A stretch of 64,000 nucleotides of DNA from Phoronis australis. Lineage: Eukaryota; Animalia; Phoronida. Under the pieces are notes generated by a model. The model saw only the letters and a list, made by a program, of their open reading frames with translations. It ran no database searches and was not told where the DNA came from. This document shows, piece by piece, positions 1 to 11,570 of this stretch. The stretch spans positions 217,921 to 281,920 of the forward strand of contig NMRA01000185.1 of the NCBI GenBank assembly GCA_002633005.1. The letters are read 5' to 3'. The translations under genes were made by a program, and so were the position numbers. Every line of letters begins with the position of its first letter. Positions within the stretch are counted from its first letter, which is position 1.

Positions 1-2
1 TA

Positions 3-191
3 ATACATAAAAACATTTCTGATACTGTAGGTAATCATTTCAATTCCAAAAACCATAATATTCAAGATCTTTCTGTACAAATAATAGAAAAACTCCAACA
101 CCCCAGTACCCCTCACAGACTTAAAAGAGAACAATATTGGATAGACAAACTGAATACAATAGAACCTCATGGATTGAACATAAAAACTTAA
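3..191 (+). mobile_element. Penelope-like retroelement, C-terminal GIY-YIG endonuclease fragment (truncated by window edge); 3' UTR/pLTR continues to ~380
   Basis: Frame from base 3 reads IHKNISDTVGNHFNSKNHNIQDLSVQIIEKLQHPSTPHRLKREQYWIDKLNTIEPHGLNIKT*, matching the HF...RE..WI..L.T..P.GLN end of Penelope ORFs; second copy at ~62034-62308. Confidence 0.85.
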
Positions 192-1411
192 AATATGTCA
201 TTGAATTTTTTACGCAAAAAGGTATCATTTTCATTACACCATATCTTATATGTCAATTGTCATTTCGTGTTTGATTTTACTTTATTTCTGTTTTTGTTGA
301 TAAAGGAAGTTGTTACCTCCGAAAATTTCAAATTTCAGTTGATCCATTCTTGTTGTTTTATTTACCGATTTATATTCTTTAAAACATTGAAAAACATAAG
401 CACTCTGGCCAAGATTGCCATTCATATTTAATTTTTCATGAATGTTCCTGGAAAACATTTTCAGTTTCCAGGACAATCGAGATTTTTTTCTAACAAGCGT
501 AAAGTCTAATTAACACTGAAAGTACAGTATTGCATTAATACTCACAGAAAAGGTTTCATTTATTATCTTGTGAAATTTCCCATGAGTTCTATCATACTTC
601 ACTTTCCATGATTTTTCCATGGCAGGAAACCTTATTTTTGCCTTTTTCCAGACTTTTCAGGATTAATGTAGTAACCACGGTAGCCATAACGTGTCAAAAT
701 CAAACCTATTTTTAGATCACACAAATTCACAAGAGATATGCAAACTGAAGGCTCCTTAAGTTCCAGGCAACCTGACTAATGTCACGTTCACATACCAAGG
801 GAAGTGTCTAACCTTAGGCTAACACACCATAAAATGCTCTTTAACAGGCACTTACAGGTGTGTTGGTCATCTCAGTCTATGAAATTCCCAGCAGCATATA
901 AGGCTAACAGCAAAACCAAGTAGGTTATTTATTAGTAAACTATAGCTCCATCTGTCAACCATTTAAGAGAAGCCCAGAAAATCTCCCAAGAAAACATTTT
1001 TTAGGTAAATAGAAAAAAAACAGCTATTGAACATCTAATGTATAGCTAACAGCTTAAAAGATCATTGGGAGTCAATAGCCTGGTGTTATTTGCCTTTTTG
1101 ACAACTACAGCCTACCTAGAGTTAAGACCTTGGATTCTGGACTACACTGACAAAACAGCTACACAGACAGGACCATGAACACTTTGTTAAACTGTGTTTA
1201 CTTACTTGGTACACAGACCTTGGATGTGAATGTAATCCCTGGTAATAAACACCAATGGATTTAAAAAGGTCTGTAGTGTGTGATTACACCCGTGATGATT
1301 TACAACTATCTGTATAGTTCTATAGGCCCTTTCATACTAATGTTGACACCTGGATGTTTTGGAGAGTTGATGTCAGTGTGAACAGTTAACTAAGGTCCTG
1401 GATCCAAGTTA

Positions 1412-1822
1412 CAAGGTACCTAAACTACACGGTTAAAGGACTCATAAACACGGTCACGGACGCATGAACACGACTCACGTATCCGCAAAAACCGTTCACT
1501 GACTCACAAACACGGGAACGGACTCACAAAACACGATCCATTCACATCGTTAACGGACCACCAAACATGGTTTACGGACAAAATGTAGATGTCAGCTGAA
1601 CCAGGAAGCTCATGAGTCCGTGACCCGTGTTTAGCGGACCGTTAACGATGTTTCTTCGTGAATGAGAGTCCGTGTCCCATGTATTTGGGTGAATGAGTCG
1701 TGTTTTGTGAGTCTGTTCCCGTGTTTGTGAGTCAGTGAACGGTGTTTGCAGGTACGTGAGTCGTGTTCATGCATCCGTGACCGTGTTTATGAGTCCGTTA
1801 ACCATGTAGTTTAGGTACCTTG
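1412..1822. mobile_element. Foldback-like MITE with ~130 bp TIRs and 5-bp TSD
   Basis: CAAGGTACCTAAACTACA...ATTCAC mirrored by GTGAAT...TGTAGTTTAGGTACCTTG; AGTTA directly on both sides (1407-1411, 1823-1827). Confidence 0.9.
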
Positions 1823-2110
1823 AGTTAACAGCGCCAGCAAACTTCGCAGTAAACAGGAGGATTTACGTAACAGCGGAGCAACTATGCTGCAGTGCAGTAT
1901 GGACGATCAACTTCGGTCCCATTGAAGTTAATGCCAGAGGCCACTGTCATTGTCAACAATTTAAGGGCAGTGTCATCACCAAGTTGCTTGTATATTGCTT
2001 GAATAATCACCAATCAAATTAGAAGTTTTATGTTAATTAGTACATGTAAATGTTCTCAAATTGTAACATTAGAAAAAATCTTAGCATGCACGCAATGCAT
2101 CAGCGCTAAC

Positions 2111-2580
2111 CAGGCCCTTATCCAGGATTTCGAAAATAGGGTGTCCAAAATGGGGTTCCAGGGCGTCCATGATTCCGACGCGTAAACCCCCCACAATCAG
2201 CAATCCCCCCAAACACACAGATATTTTTACAAAACATGCATAGACCAAGGTTTTTACATGTAAGTTAACAAAACAGTGAGCATTTTTACTAAAAAAACTG
2301 TAGACCAAGACTTTTACAATGCTATCAACCAAGTGTGAGCATAGCAACATTGTATATACTTTGTATATACATTGTATATTTCTTCCTGCTTTAAAAAAGA
2401 GCCCCCACTGTGAGCCTTCAGAGGCTTCCTAGTATTCATTACAATGTGTTAGTCCAAACATGAAAGGTTCCTGTCGACAGTGGGCATCCAAATGATACAT
2501 TGGGCGTCTTTGCCAGGGCGGCCAGATTAGTGCTAGGGCGTCCAACTGGACGCCCAGGACATACGCTGCATAAAGGCCTG
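2111..2580. mobile_element. hAT-type MITE
   Basis: Ends CAGGCCCTTATCCAG / CTGCATAAAGGCCTG; 8-bp flanks GCGCTAAC / GCGCTACC (1 mismatch); subterminal GGGCGTCC repeats; related to 16888-17892. Confidence 0.85.
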
Positions 2581-3440
2581 GCGCTACCTTGCAATTACTC
2601 CAATAACAACAGCATCACCTACTGCTTACTTTGATGTCTGTTAACTACTGAAGCCGGTGTGAATGGTTCAATTAACTTCCGCAGTTTACGTCAACGCTCC
2701 CCTCAGACCAAAGTTAGTCAGTATGAAAGGGCCTTAAGTCACTATGCTGACTGGTTAACTACAAGCCCAAATGTTGCAGAACTTTAAAGCTTCACATTTA
2801 AAAGTTCTTGTGTTAACCGTAATAAGCACTCATGTCCTTCATATACCTCAAGCAACATCCATATTTTTGAATTTCATAAATATAACCACCTTCCCGCAAT
2901 CCAGTTCACGTGACTAAGTCAAATGGACACTAACTTAATATGTGACTTTTTACAATAACTATTTCAGCCTTTTTAACTGGGTGATACGATACACATCGTA
3001 TTGCACATAATTTCCAAGCCTCCACTTGAGTGCCTCTCCACAATATCAAATGTTGAGGAAGTGAATACAACATTTCACCTTGATAAATGCGCACTATAAT
3101 CTCTACACAAGCTTTGATGACATCACAAGAACTCCTAAATCAGAGTTCCCATAGCATCTGATTTCAGCGGCACCAAAATATCTTATTTCAAGTAAGCGGA
3201 CTGTAGGGTTGGCAAAAATATACAAAACATCCTATCATCAGTTAGCTAGTCTCCAGTAGTCATAATTCCGGGGCATACATTTCCGCTTAAATGAGTGTCT
3301 CTTAATTTGTGACTTCTTTAATGGGCTAATTTGGATGTCAAATACAGTATTGTCTGCAAGGGCATATAGAACAAGCCCAGTCATACAGTACAATTGTAGC
3401 TGTGCCCAACAGATCTTTGCCACTGATTAACTACACTTAC

Positions 3441-3572
3441 CTTGCATCAGAGGACATATCTTCCACACTCCCACCCCGCCCTCACTCATAAATTGACCGA
3501 GAGCGACTTCCAGGAAGAAGACGGGCACTCCTCCACACACCAGACAGATGAAGTACGGTATGAGAAAGGCAC
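3441..3572 (-). CDS. SLC6 Na+/Cl- dependent transporter (GABA/taurine/creatine subfamily-like), coding exon 2
   Basis: tttcag|GT GCC TTT...CAA G|gtaag; reads (G)[43 protein letters not shown](G), the SLC6 TM2 region; phase matches the exon at 25035-25293. Confidence 0.95.
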
Positions 3573-6217
3573 CTGAAACAAAGTGATTGAGTGTTTACGA
3601 GAAAGTCACATGACAATCATTCAGAGGATGTAGACACACGCACTTAAATAGTATTCAACATCATGGCTGCCAAACTAACAGTGTACAGTAATCCTCGAAA
3701 TACAAGTTTGTAGGTCAGACTTTAAAACTAGTGGTCTGAGGCTAGATATAACTGATGGTTTTGATGATACATGGCATAAATGAGTGACTGGTAGCTCCTA
3801 CATCACTAGATAATTAATTAAATGTCTTCAATTTGGGAAATTGAACACAAGCCACCTGCCGCTTTCAAATTAACCAGTATTAAGTTAACAAAGATGAAGC
3901 TACATTGTCTGAACAAAATGGGGGCCTCGTCTTGTAGCCAGGGGGCTTCCTCAAAAAATATGTCAACCTGGGTAGGGATGAAAATGTGGAAATTCTGAGC
4001 GAGGGCAGGTGGTGAATGCAGTGATGACTTAAGGGGGTTCAAATTACCCAGGACCCCAAAATTCTAGTGGCCTCAAACAGCACAGCATACGAGATGAGAT
4101 TGATTCACACACAAATAAAGCATGACAAAATCCCTCCTTTATATACGTCAAAGTAGAGAATACATGAAAAGCTATCAACATTAAATGTTGAATTCTCAAG
4201 CCTGGTGTGAAGTTCAAAAGAGCTCATTACAGAGAATGATTATAAAAATAACCTAATGCGTGCATTGCAATGAGCAGTAAATAGAGTGCGATTAATGTTT
4301 TTCTTCATTCTTTCTGAAGCTCATTAGTGGAAGTAATGCTATTCTTTGCAGAGAAAGTTACGGTAAATATCCATGTCAGGCAGGGTAACATAATTGCTGG
4401 ATTACTGAACTTCTCAGATGAACGCAGGCAATGAGAGGTCAGCTGGACAATGTGAACATTTATGGTTGGCCAACTTTTACTCCTTGCTATACCAGTCAAA
4501 TTGATAACAACACCACTTTATCCCAACTATAGCCGATCAGTGAAATCTGGATACTAATCGCACAGTGCGGCGCGTGCATAACAAAATGGCGGATAGGTGG
4601 ATTTTCAACACCATGAAGCACCAAATGAATGTTTACTTATTTATTTTATTTCTCCACAGCTTGGCATCAAACTAGGTGCATGTGGAGAATTTCTCACTTA
4701 CACTGGTCATCCCTCAGATTCCCTTAACCCCAGACAACTTTTATGATGCCTATTCAGCACGCCCATTGTACTGATGTAGATCTGTGCTAATAAAGTGGAA
4801 AGGTAATAGCTAGCACTACTGTCTCATCCATCATGGTACACACAAATTGTTTTCTCTGGCATTTGCATGGAGCTACAGCCTGCACCTGGGGATAATAGTT
4901 TTATCTTGGTGCACTAATATATTACAAAATGACTAAAAAGTGAATTTGTGTTTGTCCTGAAAACCGGGCCACTTTTCCCACAGGAATGATGGTTTTACAT
5001 ATGTTTCACACGTCCAGTTTTCGTTATTTCATTTTTAATACTCCTGTCTACTTGTTATTTTTATTACCCGGAACAGATTGCTATCTTTTTATTTTAAACT
5101 TAATGTTCTAAAACAGTGGTAGATTTTGATCACCAGCGAAAATTAATTAGTTTAGTTAATTGTGAATCCATTCCTGAACTTTCCATATTACAGCTACACT
5201 AAACATTTCACAGCGAGCAAAACTACTCGAGTCAATAGTTAAAGTTTAACCTTTATTAAAACTCACATCATAAATACAAAAGTGCACTGGTGATAGCCGA
5301 ACTAGATATTTGGAATCTCTGGACAATTTTGGTTGCACTGACTACATAACTTGATAGTTTTTGTAGGGCATAAAAATGAAGAGTGGGCACAAGTTCAATA
5401 TAACTGCTTCCTAATCAAAAATCTGGTTAAACGAGATTGAAAAAATATTAAAGGTACAATCCATGGGATATTGTTAACTTCGATAAGCGAGTAGATCAAT
5501 ACGCACGGTCGTTTATCTCCAATCGTACTCCATGTTTATGGTTTATAGCTTATTTGTTTATCGATTTTTAAAAATCTAAAACCTAACATTTGGTTGTTTT
5601 TTCCAATTGAACTGCGCTATGGTGTTCCTTTTTAATGAAAATTATTGGTTACTGCATTTTGAAAATTCCCCATTATGTCAAGGCAGAGATGTTTACCAAA
5701 GTTTATGTTTGGGTAATTACACTTAATTGGGACATTAATGCGGTCATCACAACTGTATAAGACTCCGGCGCCACGCTCTCTTTGATCCTGGTACAAGCCG
5801 CTCATATCTTTAGAAATGCTTGACTTCCTTGTAAGCATATTATTTATGTTATGTTCAAATAACAGAGAATGAATTCATGTTTAATCCAGGCAAGTCACAA
5901 TTTGTTACATCTCAAATTTTCAAAATGTCACGGAAAGTTCGAATTGCCACATTTTTTGGTGCTTTTTGCATGGTATAAGTAACATCAACTTGGCTTCTGT
6001 CACATTTGCAAGACGAAACACCAGTCAGTGACAACAAAGTATTCCGCGATTTTACAAACCATTTAGTCGCTTCAATATCTGGTACTGCCCATGGGAGACA
6101 ATTCCAACAATACACTACAATAGACACCACTACTTGAAGTTGCAAAAAACAACAGCAAACCGAATAAAACACTAACAACATTTACTTGGCTTATCAGATT
6201 ACAATGCATGTATTCTC

Positions 6218-6268
6218 AAAATGTCACAAAATGTCACAAAATGTCACAAAATGTCACAAAATGTCACA
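6218..6268 (+). repeat. 10-bp tandem repeat (AAAATGTCAC) x5
   Basis: Read directly; degenerate TGTCA copies follow to ~6310. Confidence 0.9.
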
Positions 6269-6857
6269 GCATATCAGCCAACCAATGTCATAGAATGTCG
6301 CCATGTCACAGGGAATCCGCATTCTCTGAGTTACGGGCAGTCACACTTATGCTCAAAATCCTTGAAACATGGAAAAAAAACATTTGGGGAAGTAATTGTT
6401 TCAGAAAATTGGCGCGATTTTACCATAGCTAAACAGTCGATCATTGGCTGAAAATCTGATGTTAGACAAGACTTCCGCACTTCCATTAATGGCATTTCTC
6501 TTTTCCCTCAAGTTAATTAGATAATTATTTTTTTACAGATCAAGTTAGGTGAACTTAAGGTTTGATCTTATGCACAAATTCCATAACCCCATTAATGAGA
6601 TCTACACGTTTGGGTTTCTTTTTTGTAAAATAACTCAGTAGAAGTTGACCGAGAAATTCAAATGATATACATTGAAAGAATTTGTAGCTTAAATTCTTAT
6701 ATTTTGTTAAATAAACGCACCTTTCCAGGATTATTGCTATAGAAAAAAATGTCCATTTGCAACAAGAAAACTATCAATGAAGATGTTCAGGTGAGTCAAC
6801 TAAAACAGATGGGTGGAGGAAAACCATGCCCCCCACCAATGGTGGAGAGGACATACA

Positions 6858-6977
6858 CAAAATGTATCGAGAGTGGCGTAGATGAAGTAATATCCCACAA
6901 GACATTATTCCGCGTATATGCAGAATAATGTCGAGTGGGATATTACTTCATGTACGCCAATCGAGGTACGTTTTGTA
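6858..6977. repeat. ~120 bp imperfect palindrome / mini foldback element
   Basis: TGGCGTAGATGAAGTAATATCCCAC..GACATTATTC mirrored by GAATAATGTC..GTGGGATATTACTTCATGTACGCCA around GCGTATATGC. Confidence 0.85.
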
Positions 6978-9900
6978 TTTATCCCTGTTTCTTTCATTTT
7001 TTCAGCAGATTTTTAAATACTCCACCCAGACTGTTCATGTGGCGGATCACATCCTATATGTATGTATTTGCGCTAAGGACGTCGGGTGGACATTGACCTA
7101 CCTTTTGAACTTTCCATGTCAAAGGTCACTGTTGAAGTAGTGCGAAGGGGAATACAGAAAACATTATTATATGGCCATATTGCACTCGACGGATTCAATG
7201 CATATGGGATAAAGGGGTTTATTCAGAGAACATTTTGGTCCACTTGTGAACAGGCAGAATGCATTTAGGACGGGTTCAGCGGAACAACAAGAAGTAAAAA
7301 ACGTGGACAACAGCCGTTTCTAATCTATCAGCCATCAGTCAATTCAGAAATAAGAAATTTACTTCCAAAATTTCGTGCAAAAATTGGATTCGGCATTCTT
7401 GGGGCATTTGTAAGTGCGCGCCGTGACATCAGAGGCAAGTTAAGTGAAAAGTTTCACAGAGGCCAAAACAAAAGGTTATTGCTGCAGGCACAGCTGAGTT
7501 GTTGGATCTGTCCCTAAGTCAATGTAACCTAGTAATGGGAGAACAAAATCCAACGACAATCTTTTAAAGAACGAGGTAGATAGTGCGGAAGGTAGAAAAA
7601 AATGTCACTAGGAGCCGTAGCAGTACTTGGACTCGCCAGAAAATCAACACCAGTGATGATATCCGAACTCAAAATTTGCTTAATTAACAGTTAAATTTGA
7701 TGACGATCCTTCACTGAACTTGGTAGATATCAAGAGAGGTACAAAAAATATAACTACCACCAGAGGCAACAACAGTATTCAGATCTGTAACAAAAACACA
7801 ACAGCCCTGCTCTTGTGTGTAGGAACACGTCGCTCAAATTTGATGACGGCCCTTCATAGAATTTAGCAGATACTGAAGCATGAGCGAAAAACTTACTTTA
7901 GTTGTCACCATGGGGCAAAATAGCTGTATGAAGCAGCTGGATCATCTGAAAGTCATCAAATCCCTGCAGTTTTTCCAATCATTATCCTATGGATGCTACG
8001 GTAAAACTTGGAAAAGCATTTTATACGGTCTCACATGACATTCGTGGAAAAACGACAAATGAAAATGTCACTGGTTAGTCATAAACCTATGCGATTTTAC
8101 CATACTATATTATTTGCAGATAAAAGCCAAGAAAATTAATGATCATCACTATCAGATGAGTATGAAAGTTCAGGGATCAATAAATTATTTCCACGTTGAA
8201 TTGATTAAAATTCAGTTATGCGAACAGCGTGATGACAAAATCAAATTTTCGTTTATTCATATCTTGTTGATCAGCGGCAATATGTATGCACTGTTCTCGT
8301 TTAGCGTGGCTTGGGAGTTAATCATTTCTTTTCTAGACTATTGATAATTCATTAACATGTGAGTTCATGGGGGTAGTCAGCAGCTCATTAGGTTTAAAAA
8401 ATTCATCCAGTAAAATGAGAGAACAGTACTAAGATTAGCAAATAGCCAACACAAAATAGAAAGCAGTTTTTGTAAGGCACATGGGATTCCAATTGACGTA
8501 TTACAGAGGCAAAATGGATCGTTCTTCCTCACATCATAATGTGTTCAAGGTCATGACTCAGTCAATGACGTTCTTTCAAGGGAACCAACCTACACGTTGA
8601 CCTTATGACTAGAGTATCTCCAATCAACACTAAACCAGTACTAAACGGTTGTCAACAGATGAAAATGTTGTAGCTACAAAGTTCTTACGAAACGAAAGTC
8701 CCATGATACAATTAGCCCAACATGAATGTGATTAGAACTCAGGGAAGGTCAAAAAACTGTTGCATAAGAAACTTAAGAAACTAAAAGATAAAATGCATAG
8801 AGATTTGAGAAGTTTGAATCAAGTTTTAAACTCAACAAAGACGTTATGCCTAGTCTTCAGCAAAGACCTTCAATTTTTATCGGCAAACAAAGGGTCACCA
8901 TTCCCGGCAAGAAAACTCATTTTAAAGAGACTAGCAGCGGAGCTGAAATTGAATCAACTAGCTCTGCAGTAGCAGTCGAATGCCGTGGGCTCAAAGCCAA
9001 ATCCCACGTGGTAAAGCGGAATATCATACACGTACATACCAGAGTGGTAAAAACAGCCGCCTTGATTTCATCGATTGTCTGGCATACACTGGCAAGAACT
9101 GACAGATTTTGTTATTTCATAGCACTGGTCAAGTCTTAAAGCAAGAAGTCTAGCACACCGAACAATAACCCCAATACGCATTTTGGTTGTAAAACTGACA
9201 GTGTCCCTGTAATGTATGCTCTCCTTCATTAACTACATAAACTGGGACATTATCAGTCATGTGAACACAATAATAACAGGGGACTTTTCATATTGGCGCT
9301 CTCTAGAGTTAAATGAGACGCTGAGCACAAAATTGACTTCCGTTTGATCCCGGCTCAGATTTGGTGAACAGAAATTCAATTATTACACAGTGAATCATTA
9401 ATTTAAAAACAGAGGAATAAGTCAACTGTCACTGCCCCTCCAAGTGTTTCATTAGTTACAGTTCACTAATTTCTATTAGCTTTTTGACAGTACCGCTGGT
9501 ATAAAAATTCTCCAGCTTTATCAGCCGCAGCCATTGGCTTTGTCACAGATATTTCCTTGCAATGGGAAATGTAAAGAACATTATGTTTTTGTTCATCCAT
9601 TGATATTTCAAACGGTTTCCCTTTTTCCCGTAAGGCATTAGTACATTCCATAGCACAGCAGTGGAAATTTGCCAGCATTATGATAGCAGCAAATGTTTTA
9701 AAATGCTGCTCATACCAGAACCGTCCCTATTACATGGAATCTGCAGGTGGCGCGGAGCTCCTGTTAACCAATGATCTGATCGCCGTCTGACAATATAGTG
9801 AATTTCAATGTGGTGTGGCTATTTTGAAAATCACCTATTTACAGTTATTCCAATACCTTCAATGATTCAATTTGAGACAGAGACTAAACCACCAAGACAC

Positions 9901-11310
9901 CAGGCAAGAACGTATCCTCAAATTATATGCTATAGTCTCTCGTGTCTGTAATGAGTAGTTATCGCATGTTTGTATTTTCCACACCTTCATCTGCGTTTGC
10001 AAGCCAGTTATTTTAGATGTCCTGTGCGGATGACAGATGTGTCCGGTAGAAGATCCGGGGAAAACAAATGCAATAAATGTTGCACAGATATTGTATTGCG
10101 AGTCTACATAAGAGCACGTGCCATTCCGTGCTGATGAGAAGACTCTGAAGAAGCCAGAATAGACAGAAACCAGAATTTTGTTCATCAGTACTTGCATTAA
10201 CATGAATAATGATGAACAAATCTAGACAGTTTTTGCAGGGAGGAACCAGAGAAAATTGTTCCTTGGCAGTGGTCATATAAATGTGACCAATCTTTTGGTC
10301 CTTATGGATAAATCGAAGCGTTAATTTGTCATTAACTTAAAGTCTTGAGGACCTTTTATCTTCGACACATTCACAGGACCAAAAATTCTGAATTTAATAA
10401 TTGCCTTAGGTAAGAATCACATATAACGATGGAGAATTGTCAAATGCAATCCATGTTTCAATTCATTAAAAACAGAAATATTTGAATATTACAATGGTTA
10501 TTTTGTTTGCAGAAGTCTCTCAGTATAATGTGGTTAGGAAGGCAATACACTGGTATTCACCGGTATTACATTGTTGGTATTCATTCCAGTTCAATTTCAC
10601 GGCTTCTTTATATTGAGTGAGTATGACTGAATAAATGTTTCAAAAAAAGTCTAGACAAAATGCACTTGAATGTGAACTCAATTTTCCCACCTTGTCTATC
10701 TACAGTTGAATATTTTAACATGCACCAAACGCTTTAAAAAGCATTAGGTGATAAAAATGGAAATGTTACGAATTACCACATCAGACTCCTTCAGTTATAA
10801 AATCATTGTTCTGTTTAATAGCAGTCGTATGAAAGAAAATTTTCAGTCGACACTACACAAATCTTTACCAACATTAAGTTAATGTCAAGGAGCATTTGGT
10901 ACAACAAATAGTATGTACACCGCATGGCTCTACTTGGGATAATTATGCAGTTCTTTATCAGGCTATCGAGATCCATTAGTGTTATATTGCATGGACTAAT
11001 GTACATGTAAACCAAACTAACCTTTATAGAGCACGTTTTATAACACGTTTTTTTAAATAAAGGACACGGTAAAACATGAAAGAAATAGCACAATAATCAG
11101 CAGATTAAAATTTAACAGTTTAAGAATTAAAAGCCCATTTATTCGATAACTCTTTTTAGTCAGGCAATGGAATAGGCTGCAGCAGATCTATAGTAATGGT
11201 AATCATGGACTCGCGCCAGTCCATGATTGGTCATTAATAAATTGATGTGGCCTTTGCAAGTTTCATCAAAAATGGTTTACCTCGCGTTACGGTTGAACCC
11301 ACTATTACAT

Positions 11311-11570
11311 ACAGTAAAAATTCTATTTGGGAAAACATCTAGAATTTGGAACACAGAAACTTTCCCAAAAATTGAATTTTGTTGATACTAGAATTTTGGA
11401 CGTTAGGGCGACTTTGGCATTCACCGTATTTCGGACACTGTGTTTCAGTCTACAGATTAGGTAATTTCGCTGTCTTTCCGGCAACTCTTATTTGGGACAG
11501 CCAATTATTGCCATTTTCTAGAATTTGGGACAAGCTCCAACCTTGAGCAAAATAATTAATTTTTTACTGT
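11311..11570. mobile_element. Degenerate MITE with pogo/Tc-like CAGTA termini
   Basis: ACAGTAAAAATT ... TTTTTACTGT with internal repeated ATTTGGGAC/AATTTGGA motifs. Confidence 0.5.

Larger units (their letters stand above)
1324..2734. mobile_element. Non-autonomous TIR element (Harbinger- or Kolobok-like termini) hosting two nested MITEs
   Basis: Terminal inverted repeat AGGCCCTTTCATACT ... AGTATGAAAGGGCCT; TA-rich flanks (tata / taag), TSD imperfect. Confidence 0.6.

Noticed and set aside
195-431. ORFs 195-431 and 62123-62317 as a duplicated small protein
   Set aside because: Both are chance frames in the Penelope 3' UTR
1206-1270. AG/GT-bounded segment as SLC6 exon 3
   Set aside because: Translation shows no similarity to the expected GIG.A...YY TM3 exon, which probably lies left of the window
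6780-7270. piggyBac transposase remnant (PCP...Y...GVD; NAY)
   Set aside because: The GVD-like part lies inside the 6858-6977 palindrome and the other matches are too short to support
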